Shown: piece after piece, positions 20,284-29,578 of the stretch
How positions within the stretch are numbered: position 1 is the first letter of the stretch
How the letters are laid out: each line of letters starts with the position of its first letter
Assembly: GCA_050010515.1 (NCBI GenBank)
Contig: JBEKKX010000015.1
Span: 1 to 57,872 of the forward strand
From: Candidatus Bathyarchaeia archaeon
GTDB taxonomy: Archaea; Thermoproteota; Bathyarchaeia; Bathyarchaeales; Bathycorpusculaceae
Length of the DNA stretch: 57,872 nucleotides
Reading direction: 5' to 3'
Program-made: the position numbers and the translations under genes
The notes under the pieces: model-generated
What the model was told of the DNA's origin: nothing
The model's database searches: none
What the model saw: only the letters and a program-made list of their open reading frames with translations

Positions 20284-20406
20284 TTACTCGTTTACTATCT
20301 CTTCATCCTTACCGTAATACACGTAGAGGAAGATTAGGATTAGAGCAACAAACACTGAGCCCATTGAGACATATTGTAGAGTTTGGAAGTATGCGCTTAC
20401 ATCCAT
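20284..20406 (-). CDS. 40-aa single-TM microprotein
   Basis: MDVSAYFQTLQYVSMGSVFVALILIFLYVYYGKDEEIVNE, with GGGAG SD-like sequence upstream. Confidence 0.55.
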   Translation of the reverse strand: MDVSAYFQTLQYVSMGSVFVALILIFLYVYYGKDEEIVNE

Positions 20407-20452
20407 AGAGATTCTCCCTGCATTTTATCTTATTCTTGTAACGTCTTAATAT

Positions 20453-20863
20453 TTAAGGAGTAGCTTTTTTCCACTCATTCATCAACATGTCATAGCCTTC
20501 GTCGTTTTCCTCTATGGTTTCAAACCAGCCTAGATTCTGCGCGATCTTCTGCGTTAACAGGTGATAACACATGTGAACCTTCTTGTCTAACACTCGAAAA
20601 TAGAAATCATCGCACATGCAAAATTCAGCTTCCGGCATGATGAGGTAATCTCGCTCTCTGCCGATAACTATCCAGACGGTTTTTCCGCTCGGCTTGAAAA
20701 TGTACTTTTTCACCCGGTTCTCTTTTAACGCATCAAGGGCTTTTGTGAATCTTGACCCAAAAAGTTCATAGAGCTCAGTTAGGCTGCTGCCTGACAGTTT
20801 GCCTGCTGATTTTGCGTCTCTACAAATAGCATTTAACGTGTCTATTTCTGAGTTATCATTCAT
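20453..20863 (-). CDS. SWIM zinc-finger protein (COG5431-like)
   Basis: FCMCDDF...CYH motif. Confidence 0.75.
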   Translation of the reverse strand: MNDNSEIDTLNAICRDAKSAGKLSGSSLTELYELFGSRFTKALDALKENRVKKYIFKPSGKTVWIVIGRERDYLIMPEAEFCMCDDFYFRVLDKKVHMCYHLLTQKIAQNLGWFETIEENDEGYDMLMNEWKKATP

Positions 20864-20914
20864 TCATTTATACACTAGCCACTGGAAAGATTAGGTGGAA
20901 AGTGGATTTTAGCT

Positions 20915-21508
20915 TTAGATTATGTCGATTGGTTCTCCCTTAGGCTTGGTTTCCGCCTCAGCTTTGGGAAGCACCACTTCTAAGACGCCGTTTTTGTAGC
21001 TTGAGTTTGCTTCTTTAACCTTCACTTTTACTGGCAACTCAACTTCCTTATAGTACTTGTACTGCGCAGTATCAACCGAAATCGTCAGCGAATCTTCGGT
21101 GCCGTGAAGTTTAATGTCGCCTTTTTCTACGCCTGGAAGCTCCACAACCACATGGACTTCACCGTTTGTTTCAACAATGTCAACGAGTGGTTCGCGTTCG
21201 TCTTTAACCTGCGGTGCCCCTTTGAGGCCTTTTTTGATGTTTCCAAACTCTTGAATTTCAGGCTTGCCGTCTGGACCAATCTTCATGCTGTAACCGTAAA
21301 CGAAGGGTCCAAGCTCCTTAACTGTGCTGCCGTCAGGCAGTTTGCGCTCCTTAACATACTCTTTAGGCACTTTTTCAGTGAAATTTTTTAGTTCTTCATC
21401 CATCATTTTTTCCATTTCACGGAACATGTCATCTATGTCACCGAAAAACGGTTCTTTAGCCCGTTTCTTCCTTGACCATTCAGGGTAATCCTCATTATCA
21501 GAAGACAT
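20915..21508 (-). CDS. hsp20: Archaeal small heat-shock protein Hsp20
   Basis: GPFVYGYS, EPLVDI, ELPGVEK and YKNGVLEV motifs. Confidence 0.92.
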   Translation of the reverse strand: MSSDNEDYPEWSRKKRAKEPFFGDIDDMFREMEKMMDEELKNFTEKVPKEYVKERKLPDGSTVKELGPFVYGYSMKIGPDGKPEIQEFGNIKKGLKGAPQVKDEREPLVDIVETNGEVHVVVELPGVEKGDIKLHGTEDSLTISVDTAQYKYYKEVELPVKVKVKEANSSYKNGVLEVVLPKAEAETKPKGEPIDII

Positions 21509-21710
21509 ATAGCACTCACCACACTACCTTGCGTTTTCCACTCCAATAAATTTTATGTTACAAAAAATGCTTATTTTATGGTGCTGACAGGCACTTTTCA
21601 AGTGGCTGCTCTGTTGAATGTGACACAACCAAATCGTATTGGTACCTTTAAAAGTTTAAATGATGGAAAACAAACTAAATGGAATCAGCCAGCAAAAAAA
21701 GTGGCAATTT

Positions 21711-21785
21711 GCCGGGGTAGCCTAGCCTGGCTAGGGCGCCAGACTCATAATCTGGTTTTCGAGGGTTCAAATCCCTCTCTCGGCA
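21711..21785 (+). tRNA. Elongator tRNA-Met(CAT), hybrid of host 5' half and element-supplied intronless 3' half (attL)
   Basis: GCCGGGG/TCTCGGC acceptor, CCAGA-CTCATAA-TCTGG anticodon arm and GAGGG-TTCAAAT-CCCTC T arm. G1-C72 argues against initiator. Confidence 0.88.
21740..21755 (+). repeat. attL core (16 bp CAGACTCATAATCTGG)
   Basis: Perfect direct repeat with 31433-31448. Confidence 0.92.
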
Positions 21786-21836
21786 CTAAACAACCGCAAT
21801 TCGCAAAAGAAACCCAAATTAAGCCGCTAATTCAAC

Positions 21837-21848
21837 ATGGTAAACAAT
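21837..21848 (+). repeat. ATGGTAAACAAT arm-type repeat (P' side)
   Basis: Identical copies at 31367 and 31391; 11/12 match at 23175. Confidence 0.6.
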
Positions 21849-21903
21849 TAACAGCAACAGCAAACGCTTTATTCTATGCCATATTAAATGAAGGTGTTCA
21901 AGC

Positions 21904-22761
21904 ATGACCGAAAATGAAGACGTATTTGCTAACTTATTCACCGATTGGATGTTAAACGAAAAAGACCCAAAAAGAAAAGTTAATGCTAAAGTTGCTCATG
22001 AGTATGCAAGAATAGCACACAAATTTACTTCATATGCTAAATTATCTGGGCTATTCAGTAGTGACCCAGAACAGCGAAAAGCTATGATTCAAGGTAAAGT
22101 TAAGGAATTCTTAGACATCGAGAACCCTCATAGCTACAGAAACAACTTAGCCGCACTAAAAAAACTGTTTCAGTTTATCGGTGAAGACGAAGTTATGGCA
22201 GATTTCAAGTACAAGGCAATCATGCCAACATTCAGCATTAAAACCCCAGACCTAAAAGATATGGTAACATTCGGAAAAGCAATACAGAACGAAAGAATCC
22301 AAGTTTACTATTATCTTGGAGTCGTTAGCGCAATCAGACCTGAACACCTTTTGAGATTGACCGTTAAACTCTTTGACACAAAAAACAACATGATAAACAC
22401 CTTCATGAAGACTTTCGGCAAAAAGAATTTCTTCTTTAGCTTCTATACCCCAGAGATTAAGCCATTGATTGAGCAATACATAAGCACAATTCCAGATAAC
22501 GAATTGCTGTTTCCAATTGGCTCACGATACATAATTAAGGAATTTGAAAAAACAAGTAAACAATGCGGAATAAAGATAACTCCAAAAATGATGCGTAAAT
22601 TCTCAACAAATTGGTTAAGAAGACATGGCATGATAAGCGAAGACGTTGACGTTATAACCTCTCATGTGCCTAAATCTGTAGTTGCAAAAAACTATCTTGA
22701 TGTCTCACGCATACATGAAGAATATGACCGAGCAATGACCGACTTAAAACTCGGTCTCTAA
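21904..22761 (+). CDS. int: Tyrosine recombinase/integrase
   Basis: Catalytic R (SAIRPEH), K-x-x-R (KMMRK), H (ITSH) and Y (KNYL); lies next to attL. Confidence 0.88.
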   Translation: MTENEDVFANLFTDWMLNEKDPKRKVNAKVAHEYARIAHKFTSYAKLSGLFSSDPEQRKAMIQGKVKEFLDIENPHSYRNNLAALKKLFQFIGEDEVMADFKYKAIMPTFSIKTPDLKDMVTFGKAIQNERIQVYYYLGVVSAIRPEHLLRLTVKLFDTKNNMINTFMKTFGKKNFFFSFYTPEIKPLIEQYISTIPDNELLFPIGSRYIIKEFEKTSKQCGIKITPKMMRKFSTNWLRRHGMISEDVDVITSHVPKSVVAKNYLDVSRIHEEYDRAMTDLKLGL

Positions 22762-22787
22762 AACCCCTTCTTTTATTAAGTTTTTTT

Positions 22788-23024
22788 TTAAGATTCATCC
22801 ATTTCCTTTCTTCTTTTGACAAACTTATCTTTGTAAATAAAACCATATGCTATGAAAAACACAGCCGCACCATATAATAAGTAGCTATATGGTGCGTAGA
22901 TAAAACGTAATTGCGCTCCAGCTATAAGAAACGCTCCACCTAAAGCAATGCAACCCAGAAACAGACCAAGCCATATCTGAACGTCAGTTTGAATCCTTGC
23001 AAATCTCTTTTCTTCATCATTCAT
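22788..23024 (-). CDS. Small 2-TM membrane protein (element)
   Basis: 78 aa, two hydrophobic helices and a basic tail. Confidence 0.65.
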   Translation of the reverse strand: MNDEEKRFARIQTDVQIWLGLFLGCIALGGAFLIAGAQLRFIYAPYSYLLYGAAVFFIAYGFIYKDKFVKRRKEMDES

Positions 23025-23147
23025 AATTGCATCATATACATAAGTTACTTATCAATTTTTTTGAGTAGCTTCTACACAACACTAACATAATCAGTTAAAT
23101 ATACCCATAAAATACAGTCTTTTATCTATTATACATGTTACATAACG

Positions 23148-23378
23148 AAGACGCTTAATTATATTGGTTAATAATTGGTAAACAATCACCTGACTAATTG
23201 TCTGTCGAGTGTTTACCATTAACTTAAATGTGCGGGAGCGGCTAAAGCATGGACAAATTAGTTGTGTTTTTGACTCAAAGACACATTTTACAACTACTCC
23301 CCTACCTGTTACTGTACAACACAACTACAATTGGCAAGCTCCCCATCAAAAAAATAGACATATAGAATTAAGCGTCTT
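23148..23378. other. Structured intergenic segment closed by a 13-bp inverted repeat
   Basis: aagacgcttaatt (23148) / aattaagcgtctt (23366). Internal stems tggtaaaca/tgtttacca, gggag/ctccc and tagttgt/acaacta. Confidence 0.55.
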
Positions 23379-23395
23379 ATTGGTTAAGTTATTGC

Positions 23396-23965
23396 TTAAC
23401 TATTGTTTTGCCTATTGTGGCGAACTTTAACCCATGATTTGCCACAACTACGACATCGCCACTGTTCGCCTTTACTTATTACTGTGTCACAACCGCACTC
23501 TATACATAATGGTCTTTGTGGCTTAATTGTTGGTTGGCTTGTCTCCATGACACATGCCGACTTTTCACTTTCAAAACCTTCATATTGTAATGGATATGCT
23601 TGATTCCATAATTGCTTTAAAAATTGGTAATTGGCTAATAGTGCACTATATGATTCTGTGTTGTTCAAGTTATTTTGTTCGTAAACATAGCCTATGTGAC
23701 ACAAAAGGCTTAGATAAGTTTCATAGCCTAAACTGTCACTAATAAATGAAGTGATAAAATCCCGTATGCTTTCTTTTTGGGGTTCGTCTAAAATTAAATA
23801 TTGTTCTGGAATTGTTAGTTGACTCCAATCGTATCCATAAATTGTTTTCTTGCGTTGTTTTTCGTGCAATTCAAAAAATCTCTCTTCATTAATATGGGTT
23901 TTATCTATCGTTACCATATCGTAAAGTTTATCCCTTAACCAATAAACTAAATTATTTTGGTACAT
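23396..23965 (-). CDS. Hypothetical protein with C-terminal Zn ribbon (element)
   Basis: CIECG...WRCRSCG motif; GGTGA SD. Confidence 0.7.
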   Translation of the reverse strand: MYQNNLVYWLRDKLYDMVTIDKTHINEERFFELHEKQRKKTIYGYDWSQLTIPEQYLILDEPQKESIRDFITSFISDSLGYETYLSLLCHIGYVYEQNNLNNTESYSALLANYQFLKQLWNQAYPLQYEGFESEKSACVMETSQPTIKPQRPLCIECGCDTVISKGEQWRCRSCGKSWVKVRHNRQNNS

Positions 23966-24049
23966 TTAATCATCACCTTTTAGTATTTGCTTTCTTCTAA
24001 CTTTGTTGCGTTTCTTTTGGCTTTTAAAGCACATAAAGTATAAACGCAT
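23966..24049 (-). CDS. Possible 27-aa basic peptide filling the operon gap
   Basis: MRLYFMCFKSQKKRNKVRRKQILKGDD, with TAAATG junctions on both sides. Confidence 0.35.
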   Translation of the reverse strand: MRLYFMCFKSQKKRNKVRRKQILKGDD

Positions 24050-24373
24050 TTACACCAAATCCTTACAATTTTCGTTTTGGTTTGGGCTAACTTTAATCAA
24101 TGCAGAGTCAAGCAATTTTTGCCTACGTTCACTAAAACGCTGCAAATCGAAATTTAAAGCGCATGTTTCATTGCAAAAGCGTGAGCCTCTATTTTTTGTT
24201 AATTCTGCCTTGCAAAACAAGCAAAAAAAGTTATTTTTATTTCGCTTCCTCAAACTGCTTCTACAAGTTTCACAGTAAAAAAAAGGGTGACACTGCTTAT
24301 GGCAAGTTTGCTTAAACAATTCACCGCATTTTTTGCACGTTTTTTCAACTGTTTTTGACATTTTGTACCTCAC
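24050..24373 (-). CDS. Cys-rich multi-zinc-finger protein (element)
   Basis: CKKC, CETC, CLFC and FCNETC motifs. Confidence 0.65.
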   Translation of the reverse strand: MRYKMSKTVEKTCKKCGELFKQTCHKQCHPFFYCETCRSSLRKRNKNNFFCLFCKAELTKNRGSRFCNETCALNFDLQRFSERRQKLLDSALIKVSPNQNENCKDLV

Positions 24374-24566
24374 TTATTGGTTTAGCGATTAATGTTGATT
24401 CGACTTTTGCAAACCGTTGTTGTTTCCAAATTAAGTAATATTCACGTCGATGTGCTTTATTATGTTCAAAATAATTCCTTTCCTGACAATGGTAGGTGCA
24501 AAACTTTTGGAAATTGCATTTAGGCATAAACCATTTGCCACAGTTTTTGCAAACTTTGTTTTTCAT
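24345..24566 (-). CDS. Small zinc-finger protein (element)
   Basis: CKNCG...FCTYHC; GGTGA SD. Confidence 0.65.
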   Translation of the reverse strand: MKNKVCKNCGKWFMPKCNFQKFCTYHCQERNYFEHNKAHRREYYLIWKQQRFAKVESTLIAKPISEVQNVKNS

Positions 24567-24706
24567 TTTAAGTCACCTTATGTAAGTATGTAATTTGACC
24601 CAGAGATTGCAAGGGAAAACATGGGTAAACCCTTGCATATTGGTGAGATTCTCTGGGTTTTTTTGACGCATATATAGAGTTGGTTTTTGTAAGCATAATT
24701 AACCAC

Positions 24707-25300
24707 TTATGAAACGTTAAACGTGTTGCTGTTTGATGGGATACCGCCGCCTCTGCATTGAATGTGTGTCGAACTTGTTGCGGCATGAACCACGACTTCA
24801 CCAGTCCAAACGCCATGCATAAATTGGATAAAGGGAGGGTCGGTTAACCGTTGATTTGGGATTGTTCCAGCAATCGTTATCAAAGTCGAAACTATGCCAC
24901 ACATCGCATTAAAATCATCTCTCCCATCTTTTCCATTAAGCACATTGCCGTTTGAATCACACGCTGAAATTGAAACGGGAAAAGACACTTCGTGAGTTTG
25001 GTCGCTAATATTTGTAAACGTGAAGTGGTCAACGTTGTAGAAATCGTTAGCGGCGACTCCACTTCTAATTTGAATGGCAAAAAGCATCGAATCGTAAAAT
25101 ACGTCTGAACACACAGTATAAGTTATTGGTGGGATTTGTCCACTGTATAAAATAAATGTTAAGTTGTCAGGGTTTAAAATGTATGCATTGGCAATTACAT
25201 TAAAGCTTAAAATGCTGTCAGCGATGACATCATAAACGATAAATTTCGTGTGACCCTCAATTTCGCTTGGTTGCACATTAACAGTTAAGTAAGTAGCCAT
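24707..25300 (-). CDS. Hypothetical beta-rich protein (candidate structural protein)
   Basis: 197 aa rich in V/I/T/N/F with few Lys; SD AAGGCG upstream. Confidence 0.65.
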   Translation of the reverse strand: MATYLTVNVQPSEIEGHTKFIVYDVIADSILSFNVIANAYILNPDNLTFILYSGQIPPITYTVCSDVFYDSMLFAIQIRSGVAANDFYNVDHFTFTNISDQTHEVSFPVSISACDSNGNVLNGKDGRDDFNAMCGIVSTLITIAGTIPNQRLTDPPFIQFMHGVWTGEVVVHAATSSTHIQCRGGGIPSNSNTFNVS

Positions 25301-25314
25301 TTTTTAATCGCCTT

Positions 25315-25911
25315 TTATGATGGATTATTAATGAATTTTGACACGTTTGTTCTGAAAACATCGCCTTCTATAGCATCGGTTTCAACAGCATCATAGAAAT
25401 AACCCGTTTGCTTCGATAGTTCGTTTGCTTCTTGTGCGGTTATCAATTCAGGTTCAAATTTTTCAACTATGCAATAGTCGCAATCGTTTAGTGGCAGACT
25501 TGTGATAAAGCCTTTATTTATGTCTCGCAAATAATATTTGTTAATTGCAACTAATTCGCCTTGAATGTTCATTTTACTGTCGTTGAATGTTATGTAAAGA
25601 AAAGCGTTATCAGGATTATCTTTTATTGTTGCTGTAACCTTTTGCTTAAAGAATAACTTTTCAATTAAACCACGTTTCTTTAATGAAGGCACAGTGTCGT
25701 ATGTGAGAATGTAGAATGTTGCTGTTTTAGTTAATCCTCTTTGTTCTGGAGATTCCCATGTAGTTATAGGCTCACTTTTTATCCATATACCTTTAGCCTT
25801 ATTGAATTTGCTTGTGGTTGTCACTGTTCGCATGTCAATTTTTGTTTTACCTTCGACTAAATGAACTGCCCAAAACGATGATGATTCGATTTTATCGTAA
25901 ATTTTACTCAT
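25315..25911 (-). CDS. Hypothetical protein (element)
   Basis: 198-aa ORF in a tightly packed operon. Confidence 0.7.
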   Translation of the reverse strand: MSKIYDKIESSSFWAVHLVEGKTKIDMRTVTTTSKFNKAKGIWIKSEPITTWESPEQRGLTKTATFYILTYDTVPSLKKRGLIEKLFFKQKVTATIKDNPDNAFLYITFNDSKMNIQGELVAINKYYLRDINKGFITSLPLNDCDYCIVEKFEPELITAQEANELSKQTGYFYDAVETDAIEGDVFRTNVSKFINNPS

Positions 25912-25912
25912 T

Positions 25913-26536
25913 TTAATCTTTCACCTTAATTTTCATTTCTAATTTCTTTTGCAACTTACGCTTTTGAAATGCTTCTTGCGTTTCGCCTTGTGGGTTTTCT
26001 GTACCTATGCGTTTAGGTGAACGCCACGCTGATAAAAGACTCATTTTACCCGTTTGTGGGTTTAAAGTAGGTTCAAACTCTATATCAAATTTATCGCTTT
26101 TCAAACTCTTTTTAGCGACTTTACCCAATTGATTTTTAAGTTCTGGGTCATTTTTAGCCATTTCGTTAATTGCCAAAATTGCTTGCTCTGCCGTGTCATA
26201 TTCCCCTTCTTTATTTTGTTCGTTATTTTGGCTAAAAATTGACGCTTTGTTATGTTCAAGTTCATAATCCCGAACAGCTTCTAAAGTTGACGCACATCCA
26301 TATTTTGCTGACTTTTCTTTAAGTCTCTGTTCAGCAATTATGTTTAAGTCGCCTTTCAATTCTTCGACTTCACTCTGCAAATTATCTCTCTCACTTTTTA
26401 GGTCTTCGTTGGCTAATTTGGTGTCTTCGCTCTCACTAAGCATTTTCTTTAATTTGCCAATTGCTTCTTTATCACCCGTTATTTTTACCTTTACATTTTC
26501 AATATTTTGTTTAACCTCAATTTCGTCATCACTCAT
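25913..26536 (-). CDS. Coiled-coil protein (element)
   Basis: Heptad-like LANEDLKSERDNLQSEVEELKGDL segment. Confidence 0.7.
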   Translation of the reverse strand: MSDDEIEVKQNIENVKVKITGDKEAIGKLKKMLSESEDTKLANEDLKSERDNLQSEVEELKGDLNIIAEQRLKEKSAKYGCASTLEAVRDYELEHNKASIFSQNNEQNKEGEYDTAEQAILAINEMAKNDPELKNQLGKVAKKSLKSDKFDIEFEPTLNPQTGKMSLLSAWRSPKRIGTENPQGETQEAFQKRKLQKKLEMKIKVKD

Positions 26537-26539
26537 TTT

Positions 26540-26776
26540 TTAACCTTCTATTTTTATGTTTTTGTTAGGGTTTTTTGAACAAACAGTGACATCCCCTAAC
26601 GAAATGCCATTATTTTCTTTTTTAACTTCGACTTTCCAACAGACCAACTGCTTATCATAACTAAGGCACACGCATGATTTTTTATTGCATTCTGGGTTTT
26701 GCGGTCTAAGAGATGTGCCTTTTGGTATCGGAATAGCAATATCTTTACCGTTGACATTCACGATTATTTTTGGCAT
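26540..26776 (-). CDS. Hypothetical Cys-containing protein (element)
   Basis: 78-aa ORF abutting its neighbours. Confidence 0.6.
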   Translation of the reverse strand: MPKIIVNVNGKDIAIPIPKGTSLRPQNPECNKKSCVCLSYDKQLVCWKVEVKKENNGISLGDVTVCSKNPNKNIKIEG

Positions 26777-27148
26777 TTATGCGCCTCTGTGACCGTCACG
26801 TATGTCTTCTTTACCTACACTTTTTGGCAAACCACTGCTTTTTTGACCCGTCACGACAGAACTTGATATTACTTCGTGTTCCTTGCAAAAACGACTCATT
26901 TCACTAAATTTAATACTGTCTGAATTTCCAGCTTTAAGTTGTGGTGCAATTTTGCCTTCACTTTCAACTGTGTAAACGTCTGGATTTGCTGGGTCATTTG
27001 ATAATTCACGGACATCAACGTCATTAACCGATGATTTTAAAGTTTCTTTATCGCCTATCAACGCAATATTTGCATCCATATAGCCCTTTAATCCAGACTT
27101 ATTATGTGCCGCATTATCGCCTTGATTTTGTTTTTGTTCATCAACCAT
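26777..27148 (-). CDS. Hypothetical protein (element)
   Basis: 123-aa ORF; GGAG SD. Confidence 0.65.
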   Translation of the reverse strand: MVDEQKQNQGDNAAHNKSGLKGYMDANIALIGDKETLKSSVNDVDVRELSNDPANPDVYTVESEGKIAPQLKAGNSDSIKFSEMSRFCKEHEVISSSVVTGQKSSGLPKSVGKEDIRDGHRGA

Positions 27149-27150
27149 AT

Positions 27151-27384
27151 TTATTTTTCATCTCCTTTTTTACTTAATTTTTGCGCTTCGTGGTTGAAAT
27201 CGCCAATCGGTTCTTCTATGCGATTAGCCATTTTTTGATTAATTGTAACCGTTTGCGAATAACTGATTTCTTGACTCATTAAATCCCTAAGTAAATCTGA
27301 TTGGTCTTTGTTGGTTGCAACTGCCAATTCCCTAAAACTTTCGGCTACATTCTCTTCTATATGCAACATTTTACGTTTAGTCAT
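27151..27384 (-). CDS. Ribbon-helix-helix (CopG-like) DNA-binding protein
   Basis: RKMLHIEENVAESFRELAVATNKDQSDLLRDLM pattern; first gene of the leftward operon. Confidence 0.65.
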   Translation of the reverse strand: MTKRKMLHIEENVAESFRELAVATNKDQSDLLRDLMSQEISYSQTVTINQKMANRIEEPIGDFNHEAQKLSKKGDEK

Positions 27385-27821
27385 TAATTATCACAGTGTT
27401 ATAGTCTAACAAACTACTATATAAATGTTTTTATTACAATTAACAATATTAATTAATGTTAAAATTACATAATTACTTAAGTAAAGTTGTAAAAACTACA
27501 ATAAAACCATAACATTTAAATATAACGCTGTTATAATTATTATTGTTAACTACTGCCATTGTTAACGCCTTTGTTTCGGGTGTGGTTCTGGGTTACCCAC
27601 ATAAGCAAAAAACCCTTTTCGCTAATATGTCTTTTAGCGTACATATATCTTTTTTAGATATGTACGTTTTTCGACCCTTACAACTTTTTTGTTATTAAAC
27701 AACAAGTGTTAAAGTGCAACCAAAAGATTTAAAAAGGCTAAACTACACTTTATAAGTGTAAGTTTCATTTGAAACAAAGCAGTTAAATAATTGCTTAAAT
27801 CAAAACAAAGGATATGAAAAA
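27385..27821. promoter_or_regulatory. Divergent AT-rich control region of the element with several short hairpins
   Basis: TATA-like boxes on both strands; hairpins such as cgtacatatatct/agatatgtacg and acactt/aagtgt. Confidence 0.5.
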
Positions 27822-28253
27822 ATGGCACAAGAAACATTAACTACACAAATTAAAATTATTGATAATAGACAACGCTCTGCACGATACGCTAAACGAAACA
27901 AATTAAAGATAAAGTGCCGAATAGAAGCACGAAAATATCCGTTAAATGAATGTTGCGAATTTTGTGGTTCAACCGAACACTTAGAGAGGGCGCATTTTAA
28001 CTACAATATCCCAGAACTGTTCATTACTGCTTGCAAACAATGCCATAAGTGGTGTGACCGCAAACACGCAAGCACCTACAAAGGCGACAGACGACTCACA
28101 TTAAAACAAGCCCGACAGTTCGCATATCATTTAGGCACATATGACAAGTATTTTGACATGCAAGGTCAACCATTAGACAAATCCATGTATAAACAACTTA
28201 AACCCATAAGAGTTTACGAAGGCGATAAATTAGTGGAAGTGAGATATGAGTAA
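27822..28253 (+). CDS. HNH-like endonuclease
   Basis: CEFCGSTEHLERAH...ITACKQCH motif. Confidence 0.7.
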   Translation: MAQETLTTQIKIIDNRQRSARYAKRNKLKIKCRIEARKYPLNECCEFCGSTEHLERAHFNYNIPELFITACKQCHKWCDRKHASTYKGDRRLTLKQARQFAYHLGTYDKYFDMQGQPLDKSMYKQLKPIRVYEGDKLVEVRYE

Positions 28254-28474
28254 GTTTAGTTAAGTAATTGTTTAATTGGTTAACTTGGCGAAAAGCGCAA
28301 AAATTGAGCTTATCCCTGAACTTACTATGGTCTGAGTTCCGTGTATTCTGCCATGTGCGTCACACGGCAAACCTATCAACCATATCACGCATTCACGCCT
28401 AAGCAATCAATCCAAGCACTAACTAACCAACAAACAGATTAACCAACTAATAACAAACAACTTAACTAAACTTA
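28251..28474. other. Rod-like structured segment closed by a 15-bp perfect inverted repeat
   Basis: taagtttagttaagt (28251) / acttaactaaactta (28460). Inner stems ttggttaa/ttaaccaa, cttgg/ccaag, tatggt/accata and ccgtgt/acacgg. Confidence 0.6.
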
Positions 28475-28696
28475 ACCATAATAATAATAACAAAATAACT
28501 AACAAAACTATACTTTATTTTTTTATTTATTAGGTTGACACACTAAAATAGGAAGGCAATTAAGTTATTGTTTAAATAAACTAACTACCGCTATATTATA
28601 ATATTTTAACTCATGTAATAACAAATAAATAGCTGTATGGATATAAGGGGTAAAGTATATATATAAGTTTTAGGTGTCGTAATTCTTGATATATGT

Positions 28697-29557
28697 ATGC
28701 CGATGCCAAAATATAAAAAGAAATCGTTAATTCAAATACCAATTATTCAACAGTTTATTAAGAATTATGACATAGTTAGCATTAGGCAAATATTTTATCA
28801 TTTAGTTATAAATCAAATTATCAAAAATGAACTTAAAAGTTATGAAATGGTTGATATGTTAGTAAATAATATGCGCTATGATAAGTTAATACCCTTCGAT
28901 TCAATTAGCGATATTACTAATAAATATGGTTCACCAACCTATAAAAATATTAATGAAGAAATAGAAGTAGTTTTAGAAAATTATCGTAGTAAATGGAATA
29001 ATTATTTTGATGATTATGTCGAAGTTTGGCTTGAAAAAGAAGCTTTATCAAATACAGTTTATCCCATAACTAACTTTTATGGAATTTATTTAAGAGTTAG
29101 CGGCGGCAGAACGAAAGTTAGTCAGGTTCACAGTTTTATTAATGATGCTAATTATTATGATGCGCCGACTACGATACTTTATTTAGGTGATTTTGACCCG
29201 ACAGGCTTAAACATAGATGAAAATTTAGAAAAGCAAATCCTCAAGCAAAAAGAATATATCCACTTTCCAGAACCCGTAAAGATAATCAGGTTAGCATTAA
29301 CAGAATCACAAACTAAGTTTTTGCCTAATAAATACCAACTTGCAAAACCCAAAGATGCCAATTCTAAAAAGTATATTGCGAAATACGGCAATAAAGTTTG
29401 GGAGTTAGATGCTTTAGACCCCAAAGAGTTACAACAAATCGTTAAGGATGTTCTTGAAAGTTACCGTCCAACAACAGACATTAATGACCTAATAGCTGAC
29501 GATAAAGACGAAGTTAAAAATATACGGGATAAAATAGGTTATAGTATTCCCCGTTAA
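28697..29557 (+). CDS. TopoVI-A/Spo11-like WHD-Toprim protein
   Basis: SIRQIFY (candidate catalytic Tyr), WLEKEA, YLGDFDPTG and WELDAL motifs. Confidence 0.75.
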   Translation: MPMPKYKKKSLIQIPIIQQFIKNYDIVSIRQIFYHLVINQIIKNELKSYEMVDMLVNNMRYDKLIPFDSISDITNKYGSPTYKNINEEIEVVLENYRSKWNNYFDDYVEVWLEKEALSNTVYPITNFYGIYLRVSGGRTKVSQVHSFINDANYYDAPTTILYLGDFDPTGLNIDENLEKQILKQKEYIHFPEPVKIIRLALTESQTKFLPNKYQLAKPKDANSKKYIAKYGNKVWELDALDPKELQQIVKDVLESYRPTTDINDLIADDKDEVKNIRDKIGYSIPR

Positions 29558-29578
29558 ATATACCTCTACCCTTATGCG

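Noticed and set aside
21711-21785. Initiator tRNA-Met or tRNA-Ile2(CAT)
   Set aside because: G1-C72 and the absence of three G-C pairs in the anticodon stem argue against initiator; the GCCGGGG acceptor fits elongator Met better (not formally proven).
21578-21907. 109-aa ORF as a stand-alone gene
   Set aside because: Its 5' part overlaps the tRNA and its promoter; only 21756-21907 makes sense, as the C-terminus of the att-split ORF.
28280-28440. Hammerhead ribozyme or C/D box sRNA
   Set aside because: CTGA motifs are present, but no CUGAUGA/GAAA core or RUGAUGA box could be found.
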